A stretch of 63,330 nt of DNA, counting the filler, from Cercozoa sp. M6MM (Eukaryota > Protista > Endomyxa: Ascetosporea), in NCBI GenBank assembly GCA_040357565.1. It is 10 parts of 10 records of this genome, joined end to end, with 100 filler letters (N's around TTAATTAATTAA, not from the genome) between each part and the next. Parts side by side here need not be neighbours in the genome. Positions count along the whole stretch, not along the records: positions 1 to 17,665 come from JBDODJ010000259.1; positions 17,766 to 22,152 come from JBDODJ010001152.1; positions 22,253 to 41,235 come from JBDODJ010000220.1; 7 more parts are not named here. One strand, 5' to 3'. Made by a program: the position numbers and the translations under genes. Below the pieces are notes generated by a model, which had not been told where the DNA came from, searched no databases, and was given only the letters and a program-made list of their open reading frames with translations. This document shows positions 12,320-23,931 of the stretch, in pieces (the stretch's first letter is position 1; every line of letters starts with the position of its first letter).

Positions 12320-12868
12320 TCAGTGGTGATCGTGGTGCTCGAGCTCCTCGCCACCCGGAACAGTATTGGCAGGCACGTCGATATCGGCATCTGTCAAAAC
12401 AATGAACAACTCCATCCGTTTTCTGTCTGCATGACGAAAAGCGAGCTACCTTCGTCGAGCGAGACAAAGCCGTCCTGTCGGTTATTGTGCTTGAAGCGCG
12501 GATAAATGATGCACCCGATCGACAGCACGAAAGTGACGCAGTAGGCAATGATGGCGCCGATGCACGCATCGTACGCCTTGTCTCGCGCCTCCCTATCGTA
12601 GATCGGCAGCGTCATGGCATCACCCGCCAGAATCGATGCCAGAACGCCCTGAGTTTAATCAAAGACAACAAAGGACAGACTCAGCAACTCGAGAAGCAAG
12701 GCAAACAGGATACAATCACACGTACCACAAAAATGATGGACACGACCGAGGTCACGGAACAGCACTTGCCACAGCACGGCAATGAGCACCCCATTATCTG
12801 CCTGTTTTGGCACCTGGCCTCACGTCAAACAAGTACTGCAAGAGTGCGACTCCGATCTCAATGCCCAT
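12320..12868 (-). CDS. RNase kappa / V-ATPase subunit f-like small two-TM protein
   Basis: Spliced MGCSLPCCGKCCSVTSVVSIIFV|GVLASILAG..DKAYDACIGAIIAYCVTFVLSIGCI; Cys-rich start, two TM helices and CxxAxxxY are typical of the RNASEK family. The start may be 12794. Confidence 0.65.
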
Positions 12869-13042
12869 CTTTAACAAAATTGTTCTTGTATAGTACAGTA
12901 CAGTACAATAGTTGTTGTTGGTCCCAAAAAGGGACACAGGACCTTTAAACTTGTTCAGGCGCTCCGAGGAATGTGCTGCTTCCGGGCCCACAGTGGTTGC
13001 GCCTCTGGTATCTGTGGCTGAGTGCACTAAAAGAGCCAAGCA

Positions 13043-13700
13043 ATGCTGGGCGCTGCACGAAATCTCGCTTGGAACGCAATGCGCCAGCGAGCGATTGTGC
13101 CTCAGGTTCGCTTCGCGCGCAAGCACGCTGTTATGTATGTGCTCTTCACCCGTCTTGATCCAGCGATCTGTTGTGTTAATGATTGAACACATGTGACATC
13201 TTTGATCGCTTTTCGTTTTCTTCCAGGGACCGAAAGCGCCGTCGTCTGGTCATGGAGCACGAAGCCGAGCGACGCATGCTCAAGGTGAGTCCGCTGGCTG
13301 CACTCGTTCTTTTTCATGGTGTGTTAATTGATGTGTGTCTGCGAACAGGCCATCATCGCGAACCGCTTGCTTCCGAACGAGCTGAGACAGCACGCTCGCA
13401 CCAAGCTACACATGATGCACCCTGACACGTCGCGTGTGCGCATCAACATGCACTGTGTGGTACGGAGTCTCTCCTTTTCTTTTTCGGGTCTTCTCTACCT
13501 TGTTGCTAGTGCAGGAGACCTTCCGTGCGCGCGGTGTCTCCAAGGAGTTCAAGATGTGCCGTCAGCAGGTCGTGCAGCTCGCCAAGCTCAATCAGCTCCC
13601 GGGTACCCTGCCCCTGCTCTGTTATTCAAAGAAAGGCTTTCGTCTATCATACTTGTTGTGTTAACGAATCACAGGTATTCGCAAGCACGAGCCGCGATAA
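13043..13700 (+). CDS. MRPS14: Mitochondrial ribosomal protein uS14m with presequence
   Basis: Arg-rich, acid-free leader MLGAARNLAWNAMRQRAIVPQVRFARKHAV, then DRKRRRLVMEHEAERRMLKAI..SRVRINMHCVETFRARGVSKEFKMCRQQVVQLAKLNQLPGIRK; 4 introns. Confidence 0.9.
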
Positions 13701-14112
13701 TGCTCAGTCTCTCGGACTGTCGCCCGACCATGCCGAACGCACTTTTAGTTCCGTTCGCCTGTGTCCAGTAGTTCAATTTATCAGACGTTCGATTTGTATG
13801 AGAGCGCCCGTTCAGTGCACCCAGCGTGTACTAGTATCGACAGGCTCGAGTTCTGCCTGTCCGCACAACTGACCGCTGGTTCCTATACTTGAGGTTCACC
13901 TCGGCAAAGTCAGGCAGCTACTATAGATACCGATGCTGCGCAAATAGCACTGGTGGACTGATCACGCGCAGGATGCCCAGACAACAGAAAAAATAACAAT
14001 TGTTTTTCCGGCTCAAACCGATCAAGCATCGGCTCAATAGTGCCAAGCAGAACCTGTGCACACACAGCACGTGTAGTTGTTTCCGGTGTGGTTTTGTGAC
14101 GAGTTCCGTGTC

Positions 14113-17100
14113 ATGGTGGGCGTCATCGTGCGCGGCTCGCACAAGACCGTCGAGGCGGCGTTTCGCGAGTTCGCCGTCTTGCGGCGCCGGGTGAGCTGTC
14201 CTCCCAGTGTCCCGTGTGCCCTGCGAGCGGGTTTCCGCAGTGCGTGCTGCATGCAGTGATGCAATCAGATTCAGATCAGAACCATAAATTTTTGGCATCT
14301 GATCTGTTCTGGTTGTTTTGTGATGAGATATGTTGCGTTCGTACAGATGGGTTTGCGCAAGAGCGACATGTGGCACAAGCACCGCCACATGATGCGCAAC
14401 AAGGCCAGACAGATGATGCATTCCAAGACGCGCAACCGCAAGCGTCGCGAAGTTGCCGAGCAGGTGAGATAAGATTTGCGAGCTTTGAGAGTGAGAGCTT
14501 TAATTCAAAAGCTTCAATTCAATCGCAAGTTGATTCTGTTTGAAATAGGTGGCTGGCTACGCAACGGTGATGGAGAACCGCGAGAAGCGCGAGCAGGAGC
14601 GTGTTGCGCATCACGAGCGTCTCGCTGTCAAGTAAAGCGCTTAGTTTTGAACTGGCGAAAAGCTTTCAGCAAAAGCGTTGAAGTGAAGAGAGACAGCTTT
14701 GAAAGGACCGTTCTGTGTGTGTGTGTGTTGCAACAGGTACCTGGCGTCGAAGGAGAGCGATGAGCGCAAAATGAAACTGGTGGAGCGTCGTGTGCGCAGT
14801 CGTCTGTACGAGCCGATGCTGAAATACGGCCGCATCTTTTTGTCGGTGCACCGTCAGGAGATGCGCAATTCCGTGTAGCCTATCCTTTGTGTTGTTATTT
14901 TTCTCTTGTTGTTTTCTTTTGTTGTTTTCTTTTGTTGTTTTCTTTTGTTGTTTCCTTGTTGTTGTTGTAAAAAACATTGCCTGCGCAGCGACACAACGGA
15001 CAGCCTGGCCGAGAAGGTGCGCATCATCGACGCCATGCTGACGCAGCTGCCCGAGGGCCGCATTGACGTGCGTTTCGTCTTAACCCCCCTACCCCCATTA
15101 CCCCCCTGACTGTAGCAACGCGGTGACGATCCCGCGGAGGACGCGCGCAAGCACGACAGTCGCGCTCTCGCCTTCTACGGCGACAACATGCAGGAGGATG
15201 TACTTTGTCCCTTTACCCCCCCCCTACCCTACTCTTTACCCCCTTCACCTACCCACCCCCTTTACCCCTACCCCCGACAGACGTCGCTGACGGCGGTGCT
15301 GGCAGAGCTGCAGCGCAACGGTCAGGTACAGTTCTCTGTCGGTTTTGTACATGTCCAACTGTACTGTCTATTTGTACTGTCTGTTTGTACCGTCCATTTG
15401 TACCTGGTTAAAGGGCCGTTCGGAAGCGGCGACGCGCGCGCTGTGCGAGGCACTGGACGAACGTTCGCACTCGTTGTCGCAGCTCGTGCTGCTCGTCAAG
15501 CTGCAGTGGCACATCTTCCGCCGGTATTCCTCTTGCCCACAAATACGAAAAACCAACCTCCGAAAAGCAACAACAAAATCCCAAATCAACAAAACCCCCT
15601 CAAAACCCTAATAAAATTAAACAAAAGATATGATTAAAAAACAACAAAAAATTGTGCGCAGATTCGGCCGCGCGGAGGCGCAGTGGTTCGCAGAGATTGC
15701 GGCGCCCAAGCTGCGCGTCATGCTGGAGACGGTACCTCTCAACGAACAAGGTTGTTTTGTACTGTCCTACTGCCTACTATCAGGTACTCGGCAAGTCGGC
15801 GCGTCACGAATTCTGGAAGGTCGCGCCGGCGCTCATGCATGGTACCCCTTACCCCCCCCCCCACCCTACCCCTACCCCCTTTACCCTCTCCCCCAGGACC
15901 AGAGGCCGAGATCGATCGCGTCGCGCTGCGTCAGCGTCAGGCCGCACAGGCTGGTAGACCTTTNNNNNNNNNNNNNNNNNNNNNNNNNNNNNNNNNNNNN
16001 NNNNNNNNNNNNNNNNNNNNNNNNNNNNNNNNNNNNNNNNNNNNNNNNNNNNNNNNNNNNNNNCCCCCGACCCCCTTTACCCCCCCCTCTTTACCCCCCC
16101 TGCAGCCGACCGCATGCGCAACGAGTTGTACGACGAGAATGGCATGCGTCTTTTTACGGTAAGAAGTTCACATGTGTACCTGTTCATATGGACATATATT
16201 TATAATATATCTTTATATTTTATATATCTATATATATAATATATAGGACAAAGAGTCGTCGTTGGCGCGTCACCTGGAGATCAAGCAGCTGCAGCAGCGT
16301 GCTGAAGGTGGCTTTTCTCATAGAGTTAAGGCTGCGTTGTTTTTTGTTAAGGCTGCGTTGGTACAGAGGGTGACACGGAGGCCGAGGAGCGACTGGACGA
16401 ACTTGCTGTGAAACCGAAGTTGTCGGGCGAGTTCCTGGCGCTGGTAGAGAGTTTTACCCACCTGTTTACCCTCTACCCTCCCCCTTACCCCCCTATTTAC
16501 CCCCTCTTACCCCTAGGGCGCACGTGGTGAGGCCGGTGCCAAGATGATGCAGATCGTGTCGAACGAAGACGAGGAGAAGGACAAGACGGAGACGGCGTCC
16601 TTTAAGGCACTCAAGGCACTGGCCGACGATGCCGACATCGGGTCCATGGTGCTGCTGCTGGAGCTGCTGCATGCCTCGCGTCTGGCCGACAAGGGCGGCC
16701 TCGTCAACCTGCAGGCCTTGCGTGCCGCTGCTGTTGACCTGTGGTACCTCCCAGTCTTACCCCCTACCCCTGCCTTACCTCTACCCCCCAGCCGTACCCC
16801 TTACCCGTCCCCCTCCTTTCCCCCCCCCCCCACCAGGGGACCGCTGCTGGCCGGTTCCTCCACGGTGGAAGGAACGCTGCGTCGACTCGATCTGCGCGGT
16901 GATGCTATCAAGACGGCTCGCGAGGTTCTTTACCCCCTACCTCTCCCTCCTTATCTTCCCCTACCTCCTTACCTTCCCCTACCTCCTTACCCCTCTTTAC
17001 CCCCCAGATCCGCCTGCGCGTGGAGAACCGTCTGCAGTACGTGGACGACTCAGCGGAGCAGCGGCAGCCGCTGGCGACGCTGCGCGACATGAGCGAGACG

Positions 17101-17625
17101 GAGGTGTCGCAGATCGCGCTCCGGCTCACTCCGGCTCAGTTGGCTCAGATCAAGGATCGGTAGCCACCTTTCCCATCCTGTACCCCTCTATACCCCCCCT
17201 TTCCCCCCCCCCCCCCAGACTGAACGACGCGGTGAAGCGAAATTCGCGCGCGTTTGCGCTGCTGCTGCAGCGTCGTCAGGTGCGTTTCTCCCCAAGGTAT
17301 TGTTGCGCACGTCCGCGCGGACGTGTGTCGGTGGTGTAGACGCTGTGGAACTCGGTGGACTGGCGCATCCGCACGGCCGACACTCTGTCGTTCTTGGCGC
17401 ACACGGCGACGCGACTGACGGACACGTCCACTGTGGACTACTCGGCTCTCCTGGTACACTTGTACATGTACTGGTCCATATGGACCCCGATTATATGGAC
17501 CCCGGACTGGACTGGCTACAATGCGGACTGGCTACAATGTGCAGGAGGTGCTGCCCAAGTCGCGGCGCGATCAGTTGTTTTTCGAGTTCGGCTCCGTGGC
17601 CGACAACCTGCGTCTGCCGACTCCG
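14113..17625 (+). CDS. Large helical protein with an N-terminal bS21-like domain (3'-truncated; spans an N gap)
   Basis: MVGVIVRGSHKTVEAAFREFAVLRRR|MGLRKSDMWHKHRHMMRNKARQ..RNRKRREVAEQ aligns by eye with bS21/bS21m; followed by about 20 further exons. Confidence 0.6.
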
Positions 17626-17665
17626 GTAGCTCTAGCCCCTACCCCCTTACCCCCCACCCCCCCCC

Positions 17666-17765
17666 NNNNNNNNNNNNNNNNNNNNNNNNNNNNNNNNNNN
17701 NNNNNNNNNTTAATTAATTAANNNNNNNNNNNNNNNNNNNNNNNNNNNNNNNNNNNNNNNNNNNN
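17666..17765. other. Artificial contig linker N44-TTAATTAATTAA-N44 (also at about 22153, 41236, 44212, 50423, 51628, 53563, 59067 and 60862)
   Basis: Identical 12-mer with stops in all six frames, embedded in Ns; genes are cut off at each one. Confidence 0.97.
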
Positions 17766-17813
<48 letters not shown>

Positions 17814-17835
17814 TAAGGAGTGTCTTGGGGTGCAG

Positions 17836-18852
17836 GTACCTGCCGGCCTACCTGGCCGCGGCTTTCGCGAAGAAACTGGCGCGTCTTGCACTCACGGCGC
17901 CGCCTGCGTACGCACCTTTATGAGTGTTACGTCTCGTTGTGTATCTGTTTTTACCTGTGTGTGTGTGTGTGTCTTTGTGTTTGGCAGTGCTGCTATCTTT
18001 GTGCTGGCCTCGATCTACAACCTGCTGCGTCGCTACACCAACATCCAGGTTGGCCTGCTTCTCATGCTGATGTTGATTGATAAATATTATATATCTGTAT
18101 ATGTATGTATAAATCTGTGTGTGTGTACGGCGTGTGTTGTGCACAGGTGCTGCTGCACCGACCACCGCAGGAGCAGGACGACGAACCGACACAGCAGGAG
18201 CAGGAGCAGGAGGATACGACTGCCGAACCGCCCAAGAAGAAGCGCCGCAAGAACAAAAAGAAGAACAAGAGGAAGAAGGAGCAGGAGGAAGATAAGGAGA
18301 ACACCAAGCAAAAGGAGCAGTCGGAGCGACAGGCACCGGGCGTGGACCCGTTTGACATGCAGCAGACTGACCCACGACTGTCACGTACCCTCTCTAATTG
18401 GTCTGGGACTGGACTGGACTGCGCGTGTCTGTGTCTGTGTCTCTGTGTGTATGTATCTGTGCTGCAGGTGCACTCGAGTCCTCGCTGTGGGAGATCTGTT
18501 CACTGAGGTATGTGTCTAAATTAGATGAACTGAACTGGGCCAAACTGGAACAAACTGGACCAAACGGACTGGATTGGACCAAACGAACTGATGGTGCTTG
18601 GACAGAACGCACTACTGTCCGCAAGTGGCCGCACTGGCCGACATCTTCTTCTCGCCGACGCCGCCGCCGACGGCGCTTAACATCGAGGCCTTTGCCTCTC
18701 GCTCCTACTCGTCGGTACTTAACCTTACCCCCTCCCTTCCCTCTCTCCCTTCACTTTCTCTCCTCTTCCAGTTGTTCGAAAGCGAGCGCGACGAGAACAA
18801 CGTCGCTCCCGAGGATCGCGACTTCAACGATGTGCACTTTTATGGTATCTAA
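17836..18852 (+). CDS. NOC4: Nucleolar complex protein 4 (CBF/Mak21 family), 3' part
   Basis: YLPAYLAAAFAKKLARLALTAPP, IYNLLRR, DPFD..DP..SRALESSLWEI..L..HY.PQVA. Confidence 0.9.
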
Positions 18853-19410
18853 ACCCTAGATCCTCGCACTGGATCGGGGTGTCCATCCTCTCGTTGTGCA
18901 GATGGCTTTCAGCCTGACGTGTGCTGCGGCTCGTCGGCCGCCGGACTCAACGTTGTTGCCATGCACTTCTACGACGACATTGACGACACCACGGAAGGTG
19001 CGGCAGATACGCCGATGGACAGTGCCAACTGAAGTCAACAGTCTCGTCTGTGCAGTCGAGTATTTTATTAACGACCAGTCCCCACCGGCAGTGCTACTTT
19101 CAGGTTTCGCCAGTTTTCGGTAAAGCGGGCGGCTAGAACTGCCACGGCGTTTTCCTGAGTTGCACAGTACACCGACCCCGTGTCCAGGCTTGTAACTGAA
19201 GCTTTGGTCGGGCTTGAGACAAAAGATAAGATCTACTGTACTACGGCTCGCAAGCATGTGCACGAGCACAGTTGTTGGGTAACTCGATCTGTCGCGGCAC
19301 GTCACGGCGGCATCAAAACAGCCCTGAACGCTTAGCGAGTTTTCAGGCTGCAGATTGCCAGTGCGTATTGGAAAGTGTATAGTTTAGTCACGTGTCTGTT
19401 GCGCTCGGGA

Positions 19411-19935
19411 ATGCGACAGCAGATTCGGGTGATAGTACTCGCAGCTTGGACCGTCTTTTGCCAAAAAACTGCGCCGGCAAACGCGAAAGGTCGCAATGTC
19501 AGCTTTAACGACGTTCTAGACATTCACAACGTCAGTTCTAATTTCAAATTCAGTTTCTCCGCTCACGAGGTGTTGTGCACAGTTGGTCGACGAGCACGGG
19601 CCAGACCTGGAGCGGAAGCAGTTGTTGCGAGCACTACGACTGCAGAAAAGGTGCGTGCCTTCGGTTCCCAATCGACACGTAGCGAATAACTCATCTCTGA
19701 CCGTCAATTTATCTGCGTCCAGACACGAACACTTGCGGCAGATGCAGTCAATGATGCCGTCGGTGCCACAGCCTGTGCCAGTGCCGATGGACCGGGGTAC
19801 TTCATTCTACGGTAAGTACAAACAGTCTAAACTGATCAGATGTGTTTGACGAAAAATAACGCTGAAAACTCAGGCACGGGCAATCCCCTGGCTGACGTGT
19901 TTGCCTACCACCCGAAGCACTACGACATCCTGTAG
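19411..19935 (+). CDS. Small hypothetical protein, possibly secreted
   Basis: Phase-consistent 4-exon model MRQQIRVIVLAAWTVFCQKTA..DIHN|LVDEHG..QK|RHEH..FY|GTGNPLADVFAYHPKHYDIL*. Confidence 0.45.
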
Positions 19936-20003
19936 CTTGATAGCTTGGTGTAATGTCAATACAGTACATTGTTCACCGTGAAAGCAGGCAGCACCGCGAG
20001 CCA

Positions 20004-21064
20004 ATGCGAGCACCGGTGATTGACCTCACTGACGGCAGTGTCTCTAGCTCTCCCACCAGAGACACAGGCGCCACATGTACAGACTTCGACAACAGCCAAA
20101 CTGAAAGCGTCGACAGTGTGCGACAGATGCCGACGCCGCCAGACACACCGGCGACACCCGATGTATCTTTCGGCACTATCTCCAGTGACACCGACATGAG
20201 CCAGACCGCACCGTGTCATCACTCGGAAGAAGAGAGTCCTCCAGTGTCGGCGTCGTCGATTGGCGTGACGCAGCAGCTTCGGTTCTTCGACTCGAGCAGT
20301 CCCTACCGGTGCGGTTTCCTTCCTCTGTTCGACATGCTTCCAATTAAAGCGACTGTGCAACTATCTGAACAGAGAAGATGTCGAGGAGATCCACGTCGAC
20401 TCCGACGATGACGTTGGCGTCGCCGACATCAGCAGTATCTTGCCGGCCAGATGCCTATACAGCCGACACTGACTCCTTGCGCACACGCACGCCTGAGTTG
20501 CAGGCACACCGGGAACCCGACACTCCAAGTGATGTACAGTGCTTTACCCCCCCCCCCCGGGGTATCAAACTTGCCGTACCATGTCCGCACTGGCCAGATC
20601 GAAAACGCAGACGCCATAGGCTCAGTGCCGACATCGACCGAGTCGCTCGATGCACTCGACACCGCAGCTGTCTCAACCGACCTGGCACTGACACCGACAC
20701 AACTGCAACAGTCAGTGGCAGTGCAAGTGCAAGTGCAAGCCAGAAGAACACTGACACTCTCAGCAGCGGGAGCAGCAACTCGCTGAAGCGCAAGAAACTG
20801 CGCCGACGTCGCCGAGTGCCGCGCCACCGAATCATCGTCAGTATCGGTGGCGTCGACATCTTTGACCCAGCGCCGACTCCTGTAGCTGCCGCTCCCACTG
20901 TTGGTACATATGGTAGACGTAGTATGCTGTATACTGTAAATCGTGATATTGAGACAGTACATGATGCTGATGTTCAGATCGCGGGCCGGAGACCGAGGGA
21001 GAGATCGCCACCGAAGAAGTCTACTCGACGGATTTTGAGCCCTACACGACGGATACTGGCGTGA
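20004..21064 (+). CDS. Low-complexity S/T/P/R-rich hypothetical protein with SIM-like motifs
   Basis: PVIDLTD and VEEIHVDSDDD resemble SUMO-interacting motifs; basic NLS-like runs; frame junction uncertain. Confidence 0.35.
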
Positions 21065-21278
21065 GCGGCGTCGAATCCTAGCTGCTTCCTTAGTTACCGT
21101 ACTCATCACAAAAACAACCGACGTTTTCCGACAGCTGCATCGAAGTTTACACCAAACAGGTTCGACGCAGACACTTAAGATTTGCTGAAAAAACTGCCGA
21201 TAGAATAAGTCCGGTCTCGTATGCACACGCAATCTAGTAGCAGGCAGGTGTCAAAGTGGACGAGTCTCGTGTCTGCGG

Positions 21279-22150
21279 TTAGCAAACCTTACCAACAGAG
21301 CCACTAACGTAAACTCCAAACTGAGGTAATGCGATGTTCGGTTGCGTAGCGCAGCGCAGTCGCGTTAAATCAATATTCTCCTGTGAATTCGATGACGATC
21401 CGATCGGAAGTTGCCATTGCCGGTTGAAAGTTACTCCTGCTGCAGACGGAGGGCAGACACTCCGACGCACACTTGCACCGGGCTTCCCTCCTCTAAAAAG
21501 AGAGAACAAGAGCAAAACGAATTGTACAAAACAGAGCAAAAACTCACGTATGTTTGTACCGACGTTCATGTCATGCCAGCATGCACCCGTGCGATTTGAG
21601 CGCAGACGAGTCCACGACAACACTCTGCGTGCAGCACACACACACACAGAGTAGGCCACGGTGGCACAAATACAAGAAAAGATCATACTTGAAAGCCCGT
21701 TCCTGGCGTCGCAACTTGGACACCAGTCGACCGGCTCGCTGTGTGTGTGCAAGCATGCATAATGGAAGGTGGCTACACACAGTGAGACATGGAGATGGGA
21801 TGGCTACAGTGTCAGTGCGACGACACAACTGCAGCACAATGTCCACCGGTGCGTCGTCACACACAGGCACACGTGGTAACACGAGGTCCGTGTGCAGCTC
21901 CAAAACGTCGCCTTGCTTTTTCTGCTCCAAATAGAGTCGAGTCCAATCGAGTAACGAGGGGGGGACGGAAAGGCATAGAGAATAAGGGTACAGTGTCCAG
22001 CTTGCGAAGTGTGCGAGTCTTGGTACTCTCGCCACCAACACGCATGCGCAGGAAGCACTCCTCCAGCGGAATGACCTCGTCGCTCCGCGGACTGACGTAC
22101 TGCAGTGCCACCACGCGTGCCGTTGCACACACTGCGCACACAGACGGACG
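21279..22150 (-). CDS. Hypothetical protein fragment, possibly C2-like
   Basis: GC-rich exons with GT-AG borders; FLRMRVGGESTKTRTLRK is C2-like. Confidence 0.3.
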
Positions 22151-23931
22151 GGNNNNNNNNNNNNNNNNNNNNNNNNNNNNNNNNNNNNNNNNNNNNTTAA
22201 TTAATTAANNNNNNNNNNNNNNNNNNNNNNNNNNNNNNNNNNNNNNNNNNNNCCCCCCGGGGGCAGTACCGGTACTCAAAAAAGAATGTCTCTACTTCAT
22301 ACTTCAGGGTACCTGGGGAATGAGATCGTATCCCCGGTAGCTGTGGTACGAAACTGCGAATTGGAAGATATCATACACTTGTAACAGGACGTTGAGAAAA
22401 TGACGCTGTTCGGCTACAAAGAATAACACCAAACGGAGCGCTGAAGTGGCGAAAAATACAAAGAAAGCTGCAACACCTTCGAAAACCAGTCGTGGGACTC
22501 GTGGTCCTGTATGCAACGCAAGTGGATAAGGTACGCGGCCTAAGCTAGTCCCTTGACTTTTTGACCGAATTTGCAGTTTTTGTCACTTTGTCGTGTTTTC
22601 GTTTCAGCTCCGACTTTTGAAACGTGCGCCGTCGGTGTTGCAGAATGTTCAGTAATGGCTGTGGCTGCTAGTCCAGTTACTGTATGTTTCTTGCATTTTC
22701 GTTGCCTCCTGTTTTGTGTTTTCTTGTTTTGTGTTTTCTCCTACCTTTTACTTTTAACTGATTGTTTTTTTAGTTCAATCCGAATGAGCCTGGCGACAGT
22801 CTGACGCGCTAGTGACGCGCCAGTGACCAATGGTAGCGCTTTGTTAATCCAATTGGTGTTTTGTAGGTTGTGTAGGCAACTTAAAAACATGAAACATGTA
22901 GATGAGAATCATCCAGTCTGCGCGATCTTTGCACAAAACCGAGCGGAACACGTCTTTGGCAAGTTGTCTGCGCACAAAGTCCCCGCTCGACTCATTCGCG
23001 AACGTCAAGCGTAGCCGAGCGCCGAGGCCCACGTTCCAAGCGGCCAAGTGACATAGTTCCGACGGCGGCAGGTGATGAAGACGATGCCCTTGACCATGCC
23101 TGCGTCCGTCAAGTCGTGAAGCACAGTGGCCACTACAAATAATTATGTCACTTGATTTGTTCTTCGTTAAATCATTCTTGAACTCAAAAACGATTGCACT
23201 GCTTAAATTCAAAGTGAATTAATTCAATGAAAGCACAAAGAATTCAGCATGTGAATTCCTGAATGCTCAGGCAGCCGATCAACCACTGACATCATATAGT
23301 GGATCAGATGATGATTCATGGTGTGATAAAGTGTTTGAGTTCATATGTGAGTTCCCCTGTGACTCCACCAGTGAGTTCACCAGATGATCACCCAGTGATC
23401 ACGCCAGGACCTCACTGTGAACTCCTATATGAGCTCCAAAATGATCTCATATATGAGTTCATTCTGCCCCGCAGTGCAGATGTACCCCCTTCAGTTGAGC
23501 ACTACTTCACAGCGTTTTTGCTTCACCGATCCTTCACTTGCACAGCCGGCAAGCACAGGACTCTGCACATGCCGCGGCAGAAAGTGCATGATACTGTGAG
23601 ATGCTTCAGCTGGAACTCACCCTTTAGCCAAGTTAGATCATCTGCTTTGGGTCTTCTTGGATTCGCTTAAAATCAGTAGGTCAGTGGCACCGATCAATCA
23701 CACGACGATCGATCAGCACTGTTTATTGTTTTTGACAGCAGCGACGTTGCTGCGAGCTGCTAGCTTGCTGTCCCCAGCGTCTACTGCGAGCACTGGATTG
23801 TGCGAGTGTGACCTGGTGTGTGCCTGCAAAGGTGTCAACACAGACGGGTCAAGCGACCAGGCCGGTGCGACAACCGCACATTCACCTTTAGTCACCAGGA
23901 TGATCATGTTTCTGCGCAGTCGCGGTGAAAA

